Shown one piece after another: positions 12,359 to 25,138 of a stretch of 64,000 bases of DNA. Both the position numbers and the translations under genes were made by a program. Source of the DNA: Eledone cirrhosa (Eukaryota). The first letter of the stretch is position 1. Each line of letters begins with the position of its first letter. The notes beneath the pieces are model-generated. The model was not told the origin of the DNA and searched no databases. It was given only the letters and a program-made list of their open reading frames with translations. Location: contig OZ024740.1 in NCBI GenBank assembly GCA_964016885.1, positions 196,044,001 to 196,108,000 on the forward strand, written 5' to 3'.

Positions 12359-12482
12359 TTAATGGACCAAACTTAGGTTGGGATTCATTCCACATATCAT
12401 CACTCATGAGATCATCATCATAGTCATCAACTTGATCATCATCCTCATCATCATCATCATCATCAATTTCCATCACTTTGTC
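12359..12482 (-). CDS. FAF1: FAF1 exon 7 (acidic tract)
   Basis: DKVMEIDDDDDDEDDDQVDDYDDDLMSDDMWNESQPKFGPL; cag/gtaagt; 124 nt, phase 0/1. Confidence 0.92.
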
Positions 12483-12829
12483 CTGAAATAAACAGTAGTA
12501 AATAGTGAAATACAACAGAGTAAGGGTATTCTTTAATTTCAACAGTAGTTGTAGTAATTATAGTAATTACTACCAGGGATATAAAAACCCAAGAGTCATT
12601 ATACGCATACTAATGTCAACATCATCATCATCATCGTTTGACGTCTATCTTCCATGCTAGCAACTGTATGAAAATAATTGCCATATCTCTCACAGACACA
12701 TACTAAAGTATTTCAAGGTTAGCCTTGTGGGCTCAATGACAAGTTCCATACACATTATGGAGTCCATTTTCAAGTAATGTCTTATGGCCAGATCCCTTTC
12801 CTGGTGCCAATCCTTTTAGATATCTCTTA

Positions 12830-13165
12830 TAATAATAATAATAATAATGAAAATATTGTGTACAGTGCTCAGGTGCACTATAACTCCTCAAAAGTGAATG
12901 TATAGTACATATGGTAATTTACAAACGTCAGGAAAATGAACAGTGCATGAGTTATGATTTACACATGTGTGCATGTGTATGGAAGGAGGACATCAGGTGT
13001 AGTTTTGGCGAATTTCGGAAAGCATGAGGGTTTTAAAGGATTCAGTGTCTCGGCAGCTAACAACTGACGCAGGCAGTTTGTTCCATGCTTCAGCAACTCT
13101 GAGCGTGAAAAAATGTTTACGAAAGTCATAGGAGCTGTGCTGTTTTCTGACTTTGTAGGTGACAA
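12830..13165 (-). mobile_element. CR1-type LINE 3' fragment
   Basis: Matches the 3' end of the 53310-54982 element, including the (ATT)n tail. Confidence 0.85.
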
Positions 13166-13287
13166 TGATATGGTGTACCTATTCTAAACCAGACACACAC
13201 ACACAGTACCAACAACCATATCACTAGAATAAAAAGATAAAATAAACGTTTTGAAATACTAAATACTATCAAAGATACATAGCCGTA

Positions 13288-13486
13288 AATATAAAGTATG
13301 ATGCGCTCATGTGCAGAGATGCTATAAAATAGTGTGAAGGTCATTAAAAGATGGGAAAAGCTGGTATCTGGGAGATATGGGGGTTCAATTTCTCATAGCA
13401 GCCAATGGCAACTTCCTTTCTATTTTTTAAGAGTCTTCACCCTATTTTATAGCACCTCTGCACATGAACACATTATTCTTGATATT
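13288..13486. mobile_element. foldback MITE-like repeat
   Basis: ~55-70 bp imperfect terminal inverted arms; second copy at 17617-17787, half copy at 3144-3269. Confidence 0.65.
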
Positions 13487-14016
13487 ATCTAAATATCTCT
13501 TTTTTATTGTTCAGTATAGACACCTTTAACAATATTTATGTTGTAAGCATTGAGACCAAGAACCTCACAGGAGGTTAACATTTTGACCTGGGCACTAAAC
13601 ATGTAAGACAATTCTCCCCGTTCTCTGATATTTGGGGGTTTTGATCCAACCTATACTCCACACATTACATCTTACTAACAAACTACACACCCTAATCTTC
13701 TCTGAGACGCATATCTATCTTTACCACTATCAATAGTCTATCTCTGCTGTCCAGGCAACACTTTAGACTCAACTCAACAAAAGACGGAGTCTGTGCATAT
13801 ATAGATCCCACTCTCCCTGCCATTATCAACATCAAGAACTTTTAGTTACTCTGGCTCAAAGTTTCCCCTCTCCTCTCCATCTGCTACTTCCACTCTGTGA
13901 ACTACCCCAACTACCGACAACTCCATGATCAGGTCTCTTTCTTCTTCCCAAAATTTGCTAACACTACATCTGATATTCCCCCTCTATACACATGCATGTA
14001 TAGTACATAGAATAAT

Positions 14017-14202
14017 TGTTTCTACTTTTGGCACAAGGCCAGCAATTACTCAGTGCATTACTGGTACTTTATTTTATCGACCCCGTAAGGATGAAAGGCA
14101 AAGTTAACCTCGGCGGGATTTGAACTTGGATCATAAAGGACCGTAACTCTTTGCTGCAAAGCATGTCATCCGACCCTCTACCGATACTGCCAATCCACCG
14201 CC
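14017..14202 (-). mobile_element. SINE family 1 with 18-bp TSD
   Basis: TSD TATAGTACATAGAATAAT at 13999-14016 and 14203-14220; sits inside a CR1 3'-UTR fragment. Confidence 0.9.
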
Positions 14203-14553
14203 TATAGTACATAGAATAATGTACAACTGTCAGGAAAGTAAACAGTTTGAGTCATGATATATACACACAGACACACACATGCGTGTGTGCATGCATGGGT
14301 GTATTTAATGATACAAACTGTTCACTTTCCTGACATTTGTACATTATTCTATGTACTATACATACACCTTTAACGAGTTGTAGTGTACCTGAGCACTGTA
14401 CACAATAATTTTCCTTATTATAAATATCTGCCTCACTTTGTCCATTTCTGAAGTCATGGCCCTCAATAACTTCAACACTCAAAACACTTTTTGGTTCAAA
14501 ATAATATTGACTAGAATGTTTCAATAAAAAAAAAGACAAAGGCAAAATCCTAC

Positions 14554-14605
14554 CTTCTGATTGGTATTATCAGAGGTACCAGCTGAAGAGGAAGTTGTTT
14601 TAGAA
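14554..14605 (-). CDS. FAF1: FAF1 exon 6 (linker)
   Basis: (C)SKTTSSSAGTSDNTNQK; cag/gtagga; 52 nt, phase 2/0 bridges exon 5 to exon 7. Low-complexity, so assigned on phase and splice sites. Confidence 0.75.
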
Positions 14606-16375
14606 CTGGAAAATAATAGAAAATCAAAGTTATTAATGAATCTAAATGAACAGTTATTTCTGTTGAAGAAAATAATAATATTTAATGATATGTATCATCA
14701 TTGCCCTATCTGTTGACAACATAAAAAGAATAACCACTGTTCCTATTGATGTTTCCAAACAATCTAACCATATACAATTGAAAAAAAGAAGAAAAAAAAG
14801 ACAAGGTAAATATTCCATACCAGATCATCATTATCATCCTCATTTAACGTCCATCTTCCACGCTAACATGGGTAGGAAGGGCTATCTTTTTTTGCGGGAT
14901 CAGGTCGAAGGACCATGATTCACTCACACAGAACTGATTTTGGCTTGGCTTCTATGGCTGAATGCCCTTCCTAACACCAACCACATTTACAGTGTGTGCT
15001 GGGTGCTTTTTGCTGTGTCGCTTACACGACCACTTTACAGTATGAACAGGACGCTTTTTGTTGTGACACCTACATGATCACTTTACAGTGTGGAACTGGA
15101 CACTGGCTTTTGTCATGGCTCCAGGGGGATCACTTTATAGAGGAGGTTGAAAACTTGGGGATGTAGGTATAGGGGAGGGGAGATGGTAGGGAATGGTGTT
15201 GCTTACTAGGTATATGCCTCAGATAAAGATGAAACCAGTAAACATTTTTTCAAGGGGCTCACAGTGTTTAAATATGTATGATAAAGAAATGCATTGTTAT
15301 TTTATTCATTAAGATTCATATTTGAAACACAGTAATGCAATTTGCACAAAAGCTTTTGTTTTAAATATTGCATGTTGCATCCAAAATTTACCACAGCTAC
15401 ATCATTTAGAATATATTCTCCCTGCTAGCAAGAGTGAGACAGCGTTACTGTACTGCATCTGGCTTATATATATTCCTGCACTGCACAGACTGCACCAGGT
15501 ATATTGTATCATGACACCAACACTAGGGAGATTGTCATGGCTTTGACATAACTGAAGAGTCCTCCCGATCTTTAGTTTGACGAGTTTTCTATGGCTTTAT
15601 AAAATATACTGTCTGTGTTTATCATGTCACCAACACTAGAGAGGTTACCATGCCCTTGACACAACTGAAGAGTCTTCTTGATCCATTTTTGGCATGCTTT
15701 CTACAGCTGCATGCCCTTCCTGTCACCAACCACCTTACATATTTTAGAATTTTACATTCATTGTCATTTTTACCTTTGCTTTTCCATTTAAGTATAGGTT
15801 GAATGAGACTTTCCAAGGCAGTTTTTCTACAGCCAGATGCCCTTTCAGATGCTAACTCATACTGCTTATCCTCATTGAACCACTAGTTTATGCAGGGCAT
15901 TAATAAATGCCAGATTCTTTAAGACTTGGTGATATAAAGGAGGTAAGACACTGCATCCTTCAAAACCTTCATGCTTCCCAAAATTTACCAACGCTACACC
16001 TGATATTCCCCCTCCAAACACATGCACGCATGTGTGTATATATCATGACTCATACACTGTTCACTTTCCTGGTATTTGTACATTATTCTAAGTACTATAC
16101 ATGCACCTTTGATGAGTTGTAGTGCACCTGAGCACTGTACACAATGTTCATTGTTATTATGTGGGGTTGATAAAATAAAGCGCCAGTAACATATTGGGGT
16201 TGATTAAATCGACTTCATTTTGCTTTGTTTTCATTCGTAGTATTGTCCTCTTTTTGTTGATTTTCCTAAGTTTTCTATATATATATATACCTTGTCTGTG
16301 TGTGTGTATATATCTATCTCTCTCTCTCTATATATATACACACACACATTACATAACTTATTGAAATATTATATA

Positions 16376-17262
16376 TTAGCAGTGGTACCCGGCGTTGCAC
16401 GGGATAAGGTCTTTTGGAACGAAGGCCGCCAATAGACCTAATCGTGGAAAAACTGCATGCCTGGACAATATGTAAAGAAAATAAACTGAATACTCTGATG
16501 GCTGGATAATCTTTAAGATTTTCCTCGATGAAGCAGGAAAAATGCATGTTTTCACCTAATGCAGGTCCTAGGGGATCAAGAAAATGAAATTTTTTTATGT
16601 GTATAATATGCTTTGAAATTTCGGCAAAATCGGCTAGACGTAACGCCTCCAAAAAGCCCTAAGAAGCTGAAAAAATGAGGTTTTAAACCTAATGCGGGCC
16701 CCGAGGCCATAAGAAAGTTGGATTTTCTTTGCTTACGGTATGAAAAGACTGACTAATACATAATTACAATTTCAAGGAAATCGGTCTGACGTAACGCATT
16801 AAAAAAACCCTAAAAATGTTAAAAAACGCAGTTTTTCACCTAATGCAGGCCCTAGGAGATAAAAAAAAAGTTGAATTTTTTATGTGCATAACACTCCCTG
16901 AAACATAAGTAATACACACGTAAAGTTTGAAAAAAATCGGTTGGATACTTCTCGAGTTTTAGGGATTCAAACTCAGACTCAGACACACACACACACACAC
17001 ACACACATCCTCAGGGAAGTGACGTAATGCAGACAGACAGATATTATAAGGGTGCGACGTTATATATATGTATCTATCTAAAAAGAGAAAGACTAAGAAT
17101 TATAGAGCGAGATCATTGAAAATTTGTTTTGCTCAGAACACTCCCTGAAACATAAGTATTACATGTGTAAAGTTTGAAAACAGTCGGTTGGGTGGTTCTC
17201 GAGTTTTAGGGATTCGAACTCTCACACACACAGACAGACATCCTCAGTTTTATATATATAGA
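16376..17262 (-). mobile_element. non-autonomous Helitron
   Basis: Minus strand: A|TCTATATATATAAAA...CCCGTGCAACGCCGGG hairpin...CTAA|T; no TSD; internal subrepeats and (CA)n. Confidence 0.8.
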
Positions 17263-17360
17263 TTATTTTGGAAAAGTTTTAAAACTCTGTATAACTAAAA
17301 GAATTATGAAAAGTTAAAGTTTATTAAAGAAAATAAAAATAAAACAGCATTGAAACTGAC

Positions 17361-17473
17361 CAATCAGCAGTAACTGTATTTCTAGATCCTGTAGATGATG
17401 TTGCAGCTTTATGTTGTGTATTCTGCGCTTTTAATCTGGTTTCATGGGATAAATTTAATTCCTTCAAAACATT
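17361..17473 (-). CDS. FAF1: FAF1 exon 5 (end of UBL)
   Basis: NVLKELNLSHETRLKAQNTQHKAATSSTGSRNTVTAD; cag/gtcagt; 113 nt, phase 0/2. Confidence 0.87.
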
Positions 17474-17616
17474 CTGCAAATATGAAGTAAAGAATAGAAT
17501 TTTCAATTACACAGCACATCACCACACCCATTACTTGGGACAACCGAATTAACAAAGAAAAAACATAAAAGATATGGAAAGTCTAAAAGATAAGAAATAT
17601 ATTTTTTTTAAATTTA

Positions 17617-17787
17617 CTATAAAGAATGATGTGCTTATGTGTGGAGATACTATAAAACAACTTATGGACCCTTTAAAGATGGAAAAAGATGTTGCCATTT
17701 GCCACTATCCATTTTTAAAGGGTCTTCACCCTATTTTATAAGCTATTTTATAGCATCTCCATGGATGAGCACTGCATTCTTTATATT
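17617..17787. mobile_element. foldback MITE-like repeat, copy 2
   Basis: Same inverted arms as 13288-13486, shorter centre. Confidence 0.6.
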
Positions 17788-18599
17788 AACTTTGTCTGCT
17801 CAGCCATTTGTGAAGGTCCAAGTGATCACCTATATATACACAAAAAATTTATAGTTTAGTCACTGAAAGTTCATAACCCTTCCGAGAGCCTGAAAGACTG
17901 CAGGGAGAAAGGAGAGTATGCTGAAACTGGAAGATACTTGCAACAGAGTCGACCCTGTTAAAACCATCCAAGGGCTAGGTTGTGGTCTTAAAACAGGTGA
18001 TGAATTAAGTCTCCCATAAAAGTAAACTCCAATGGGATTCAAAATCAGAACGCAAAGAACTAGAACAAATGCTGCAAGGCATCTCATCCAACCTATTGCC
18101 CTGAACTTGTACTTTATTAGTTATCAATCAATAAGATCTCTCATTCGCTTACTGAATGGGGTGGAACTCATCAAATTGGACCAAGCAAACAATGTTTCCA
18201 TTAGTCTTACCATTGCTGATACTTTCTACCAGTTGCAACTCCTGGCAGAAAGAGAAATGTGAAATGTCTTGCCCAAAGATATAACACAATTGCCAGGCCT
18301 AAAAATCAAACTCACAACCTCACAATTGCGAATCCAATTTTCTAACAACTAAGCCATGTATTTTCATAACTAAGTATTTTATTTATGGTTAAATGTTATC
18401 TAGATGGAGTATTTGAAAAGGAAATATTTACTTAGTAGAAAATTGTATTCATACAAACTTAAGTGAAACAATGTATCATTTGGAGTTTTTTTAAAGTATG
18501 AAATGATGGTATATACATCTTATGACGTGATCGGTGATTCCCATAAGAATCAACAATGACATGTAAAGCACAGAGACTGAAATAAAATGGTGTACTAAC

Positions 18600-18694
18600 C
18601 GAATCTACGACTTTATTAGATGAAGGCCAACCTTTCAATTGGAGGTAGTTCACAGGTATATTTATACGCCGAGATAATTCTTTTTTCAAAAATC
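18600..18694 (-). CDS. FAF1: FAF1 exon 4 (UBL)
   Basis: (G)FLKKELSRRINIPVNYLQLKGWPSSNKVVDS; cag/gttagt; 95 nt, phase 1/0. Confidence 0.93.
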
Positions 18695-19787
18695 CTGGTA
18701 AAGTACAGAAGGGATATAAATATATATATATATATATAGCAGAATTAAGTCCAAAGATTTAGTCTTAAGAGATATAAAAAGTTAAAACATCATTTTTAAC
18801 AAAAGCACAAGGCCAGAAATTTTGTAGGGAAGGGTTAATCGATTAGATCACCTCTCGCAGATGAAATTTTACTTTATGTTATTGACCACTGCAGCAGGAT
18901 GAAAGGCAAAGTCGACAGCTGAATGTAATGTGCTACAACTAAACACTGCAAGGCATTTTATTTTGTTGAATGATCTACCAATATTGCCAATTCAATGTTC
19001 TGATAGGTAATAAAATACAAACTGCAATTGATTGAGTGAGTAAAACTGATAATTGTTTCATCATCGTTTAATGTCCATTTTCCATGCTAGCATGGTTAGG
19101 ACCATCTCAGTACTCAATCCATGCAGTGTGTCTGGAAAAAATAATTCTCATTCATCCATATATGGTAAACATGTAATGCCCTTGGATGATTGATCATTGG
19201 AGGAGGAGGGTTCAAGTGGAATGAAGCCACTGAAGTGGAAGACAAAGTAAAATGTAATCAAAGGTGGTGAGAGATGACCTCAAGACACTGAACCTCACAA
19301 AGAAACAAGTGGAGAGATGCGGTAGGACCTGCCTAACCCATGCAAGCATGGAAAAACGATGATGATGATGATGATCATTGTTTTAAGCTGTAGAGAATAT
19401 AGTCATTTAACAGAATTAAATAAAAATTATATATAGCTATATGACCTAGAAAGTTCCCCTCCGAGGCACAAGACTGGGTAAAGTGTTGTTTTGTTTGTGG
19501 AAGATAAGCAGTTGCCCATGCATACGCGTCTCCCTCTCCATGCCACATATGCTGTCCAAGGGAAAAGCAACATGAAATAGTTTTTTGCTCAAGGACACAA
19601 CACATCACCTGGTCTGGGAATCAAACTTACAATCTGATGATTGTGATTCCACCTCTCTAACTACTAAGCCATGTGCCTTCACTATATAGATAGCAGTAAA
19701 TATAGTTAATATTAGTTTTCTATATAGATAATAAACACAACCACAAGGATATGGTCTGAATGTGGAAGAACCGAACTCCCACTGTCA

Positions 19788-20060
19788 TCACCTCCATCTC
19801 TCTGTATGGTGAGAAAATGGGGTCCCACATGCTGGCCTTCCCATAGCCCCGGCAGACAGAATGGAGAAGGCGTTTCCCCGGAGGATAGTAAGGGAGATGC
19901 GCTGGAAGAACCATTCCATCTCGCGAGGCTTACACCTGTGGTTGGCCAGCTCAGCGCCTATGGTGGTGAGTAGGGAGGTAGCCCTTGGGCCAAGGACACC
20001 AGAAGTCTCCAATGTCAAGGGCACGACCGCAAACCTGTTGGAGAGCATGGATGTGCACAT
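19788..20060 (-). mobile_element. CRE-like non-LTR retrotransposon C-terminal (restriction-like endonuclease) fragment
   Basis: FAVVPLTLETSGVLGP...WFFQRISLTILRGNAFSIL motif. Confidence 0.75.
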
Positions 20061-20639
20061 ATCAGATTTCTGTAAGTGATCTGTGGATTATTAGTTAGTA
20101 GAAAAATACCTTGTACTATTGAGCTATCTCCCTTTATACAAAAAGTAAGTAAACTTAACCATTTAATAAATTGGTTTCTGATTTAAGCACAAGGCCAACA
20201 GTTTTTGGGAAGAGGAAAGTCGATTAAATCTACCCCAGTGCATTACCCAGAGTTACCACAATAACAGTCTTATTAGTTTCAAGCTTGAAAGAAAAAGGAA
20301 AATAAAAGTTGAACATATCGAACGTTTGTCCGTCATCAGGAATAGAGGAAACACAAAGATGAGGTTCACAAATAGAAGAGGATAAAAAAGGAAGGGAGTG
20401 AGAGGGGCATTGGAGTGTGTGTATTGTATTTAAGTCTTAGTGTGTATGTACATGCGTTGCTGGAGTGGTGGATACATTGTTCGTGAGATGAATGTATGTC
20501 TGGGTATATTAACATCGCATATTTGAATGGTTAGTCAGTGTGTACAGCAAATATAAATAAAATATGTGAAAAAATAAACAACTTAACTCCAAAACATGAA
20601 TTAACAGGAGTGAAAATGAATATATTATGACTGTTTTAT

Positions 20640-20643
<4 letters not shown>

Positions 20644-20694
<51 letters not shown>
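20644..20694. repeat. (TA)n microsatellite
   Basis: About 25 perfect TA units, next to a short RTE-tail remnant. Confidence 0.95.
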
Positions 20695-20696
<2 letters not shown>

Positions 20697-21436
20697 ATCA
20701 TCATCACTGTCTGACGTCCATTTTTCCACTCATGAAAGAAAAACAATGAGTTGTGGTAAACAATCCAATGAAACTTAACTACCTGTATATGTCACTATGG
20801 ACTGAGTGCTCTAAACCCTTGAATATTTTATACCAAATTTGTTCTACTATATATATAACACATGATCTCACCCATTCCTTCCTCACTCATCTTGAAGTTC
20901 TTGAAGAGATAAGACGCACTTGACTCTGAAAGGCTAAAATGAATCCCTAGAGCTGCTAAACCACGTTCCAGCCATCCATCCATACAAATCTTCCAGGTAT
21001 CCCTCTATTTCCCAATTGCAAATGTTCTGCTCACACAATTATTGCTGTATTTATCACTTCACTAGTTTCCACAACACATTTATTTTTACCCTCATTTTCT
21101 CTACCATGCTGTCTCTCTACGAAGTCATCTACTCTCTTACACTATTATTAGTGTTGTTTTATTTATCAGTTCGCTTTCTCTTTAAAGTCATCTACTCCTA
21201 TCGGTTTATTTTGCCATGATTTGGCTACCTACCTCACAATTTCCCTCCCACCCACTCCCTCACACCACCATAGCCTATTCGACCAATGAAATCTCTGCGT
21301 GACCCCCCCCCCCCTTCTCACCCGTCCCAGCCCAACACACCCTGCCATTATTACCACCACCACTGTTCTAGCCCTGAATTTTCCTACCGTTATGTATGGA
21401 TGAGCTGAGAATAAATGGAGCAACCCAATTTAATAA

Positions 21437-24400
21437 ATGAAAATGAATACGCGAGCTACCAAGCACCCATGTGAAGCTTCAATTCAGAGACAGGAAGCAC
21501 ACGCACACCCCTGTAAAAATCGACCCTTCCCCACGAATGTTGACAAATGCCCAAAACTCCGAGTTGGTACCATCAATGTAAGCACAATGAAAGGAAGAGC
21601 AGGAGAAATCGTAGAGATGCTAGAGCGAAAGGAAATTGATGTATGCTGTGTGCAAGAGATTAGATGGAGAGGAGAGTCTGCTAGAGTCCTTGTAGGAAAA
21701 AGTCAGTGCTACAAATTTTTCTGTGTGGGAAATGACGATGGGATGGGTGGTGTAGGTATTCTACTAACTGACAAGTGGGTAGATAAAGTAATCTCAGTGA
21801 ACAGGGTAAATGCAAGAATCATTAAACTCAGACTAGTCCTGAATAAAACAATTACCACAATAATATCAGCTTACGCACCCCAATCGGGGTTGCCAGACGA
21901 ACTTAAGGATAGGTTTTAGGAGTCCCTAATGCACATTACTGCTCTAACAAACGACAATGACTTCCTAATCATTGCAGGAGATTTTAACGGACACGTAGGT
22001 AAACACTGTGACGGCTTCAATAGAGTCCATGGAGGCCATGGGGTTGGCACAAGAAATGAAGAAGGATTCAGAATTCTAGAATTCTGCGACGCCAATGACA
22101 TGTCGATATGTAACACAAACTTCAAAAAACCCGACAACCACCTGATCACCTATAGATCAGGGGAGCATTCTAGTCAGATAGATTTTATCCTCATCAGAGG
22201 ACGTGACCGATGTACGGTCGTAAACACAAAAGCCTTCCCTAGTGAGGAATGAACTTCCCAGCATAGCTTAGTTGTCAGCGACCTCACGGTCAGAACTAGA
22301 CGAACCTGGAGAAGAAAGATCTGGAAGCTGAAAGACCCCTCAGCCAGTAACAGATTTAAAGATATTTTACTCAACGCCTACGACAGTAAAGAAGAACAGA
22401 TAGAGACATTCAATGTAGAAGAGCACTGGGAGTTCCTAAAAAATAACTTACTAGAGGCGACGGATGAGATCTGTGGCTGGAGTAAGACCACAAGCAGGAG
22501 GAGAGTGACTTGGTGGTGGAACAATAAGGTAGATGAGGCAGTTAAGGCCAAGAGACAGGCATGGAAAGAATGGAAGAACGGCGGAAGCAGGGTACATTAC
22601 ATAGAGACCAAGAGGCAAGCTAGGCGACAAGTATACTTAGCTAGGAGGGAAGCAGAGGATAGAAAATTCAAGCATGTTTTGCAACGTGAGGACCAGAAAC
22701 AGGAGGTGTTCAAGATTGCGAGGCAGTATGTCAGAGAGAATTGTGATGTCATTGGAGAGAAGTGTATCCGGAATGATAAAGGTGAGCTTGCCCTCACAAA
22801 TGCTGAGAAGAAAGATGCATAGAAGAGCCATTATGATAGATTACTAAATGAGGAGAATGCATGGGAAGAAGAGACCCTACCCCAAATAGACCCTATAGAG
22901 GGGCCAGCAGTACAAGTCAGCAGCAGCGTAGTAAGTAAGGCAATCAAAGATATGAAGATGGGGAAGGTAACCGGTCCATCGGGTATAGCTGCCGAGATGC
23001 TGAAGGCATCTGGGTCTGTAGGTCACACTATAACCACACATATTGTTAACCAGGTAATACTAAGTGTCATACCAAAAGATTGGTGCAGTAACATCATTGT
23101 CAACTGCTACAAAGGTAAAGGTGATGCACTAGATAGAGGAAACTATAGAGGTATAAAGCTGATGGACCAGGTCATGAAAGTAACAGAATGAGTCATAGCA
23201 CAGTTGATTAGGGACCGGGTGAAACTAGATGAGATGCAATTTGGGTTTGTACCAGGAAGAGGTACCACTGATGCCCTCTTCCTTGTGAGGCAGTTACAGG
23301 AAAAATACCTAGCTGAAAGTAAGCCACTCTACCTGGCATTCGTCAATCTCAAGAAAGCCTTTGACAGAGTTCCACGTGCTATAATCTGGTGGGCTCTTAG
23401 AAAACTAGGAGTAGATGATTGGCTTGTGAAAGCTGTACAAGCCATGTATAGGGGAGCAGTCAGCAAAGTTAAGATTAGCAATGAGTATAGCGAGGAATTT
23501 AGCGTACAGGGTGGTGTCCACCAGGGCTCTGTTCTTAGCCCTCTCCTGTTCATCACAGTCCTGCAGGCAATAACGGAGGAGTTTAAGACCGGATGTCCAT
23601 GGGAACTCCTGTATGCAGATGACCTCGCACTTATAGCTGAATCTATGGTAGAACTAGAGAAAAAATTCCAAACTTGGAAGCAGGGACTAGAAAGAAAGGG
23701 TCTCAAAGTCAACCTGACAAAGACTAAGGTCCTTGTAAGTAGACTAGAAAACAGAACCCAGATCCCCTCAGGAAAATGGCCTTGCTCAGTATGTAAGAAA
23801 GGTGTAGGTAGGAACTCCATTCTCTGCCCCGAATGCAAACAATGGGTACACAAGAGATGTAGCGGGATCTCAGGAAGCTTAATTAAGAATGTAGGCTTCA
23901 CATGTAGCAGCTGTGCTGAGACAGCAAGCAGCAAACAGCCACAGGAAACAAGTACCACCAATCTCTGAGAGGGCTCTGTAGAAACAGTAGACAGCTTCTG
24001 CTACCTAGGTGTTCAGAAAGTACAATAACTAAGGTAAGAATGGGATGGAAGAAGTTCAGGGAACTACTGCCACTGCTAGCTGCAAAAGGCTTTTCCCTCA
24101 AAATGAAAGGCAGACTATGATGCGTGTATACGAACAGCAATGTTACATGGTAGTGAGACCTGGGCGCTGAAGGTGGAAGACTTACGTAGATTAGAAAGAA
24201 ACGAAGCCTGCATACTCCAATGGATGTGTAATAGTAATATACGCGAACGGCAAAGCATAAATGAATTGAGAGAGAGACTGAGCATAAGAGGAATCAAATG
24301 CTGTGTGCAGGAGAGGCGGTTGCGTTGGTATGGACATGTCATGCGTATGAAGGATGACAGCTGCATAAAAAGGTGCAGAGCACTAGAAGTCAATGGAAAC

Positions 24401-24845
24401 CGCGAAGTGGGGAGACCCAAGAAGACCTGGGATGAGGTGATAAAAGCCGACCTTACCCAATTACACCTCTCAAAGGTGATGACACGACCGTGACCTCTGG
24501 CGTCACGCAGTAATACAGAGAACCCGACCTCCCATGGGTACAAGCTGAAGCATATAGACAATATGCCCCCACACCCTCCCACTGCAAAGTGGTCGTGGAG
24601 GAGCCACGGCAAAAAAGCACCCAGCCCACACTGTAAAGTGGACGTGTAGGGGACACGGAAAAAAGCACCCAGCACTCACTGTAAATGAGATTGGTGTTAG
24701 GAAGGGCATCCAGCTGTAGAAATCAAGCCAAAATCAGTTCCTGTATGAGCAAGGCATGGTCAGCCGACCAGACACTGCCTACAACAGGACAACCCGTCTA
24801 ACCCATGCTAGCATGGAAGAACGGACGTAAAACGGTGATGATGAT
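21437..24845 (+). mobile_element. RTE-clade LINE subfamily A, near full length, inactivated
   Basis: APE endonuclease (GTINV, VQEIRW, SAYAPQ, GDFNGHVG, SQIDFIL), RT (QFGF, KAFD, QGSVLSPLLF, YADD), PHD-like finger, RRLRWYGHV; several stops and frameshifts; (TGA)n tail. Confidence 0.95.
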
Positions 24846-25138
24846 CTACACTAAAGTAGTGTTTGGTGATATGAAGGGCATCCAGCCACAGAAAAACTTC
24901 CAAACAAAGGGTCTGTAGGACCCTTTAGCTGTGTCCCATTAAGATGCACTTGGTAGAGGGCACGATCTTACATAAGCCAAGTGTAGGCTTCCAGCCCACC
25001 TGAGAAGTCTGTTGTCCTGTTTCAGTACTGCCATGGTCTGTGGAAACCTGTGTAACTCTTGTGAACAGAGAAAATGGACATTAAATGATGAAGATAATGA
25101 TATACATGTACACAAAGAAAAACAAATTCTTCACCTAC

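Noticed and set aside
12410-12465. (GAT)n in exon 7 and (TCA)n in exon 3 as exonised RTE tails
   Set aside because: They encode poly-Asp and poly-Ser with no adjacent RTE 3' sequence, and an acidic tract is expected at this position in FAF1.
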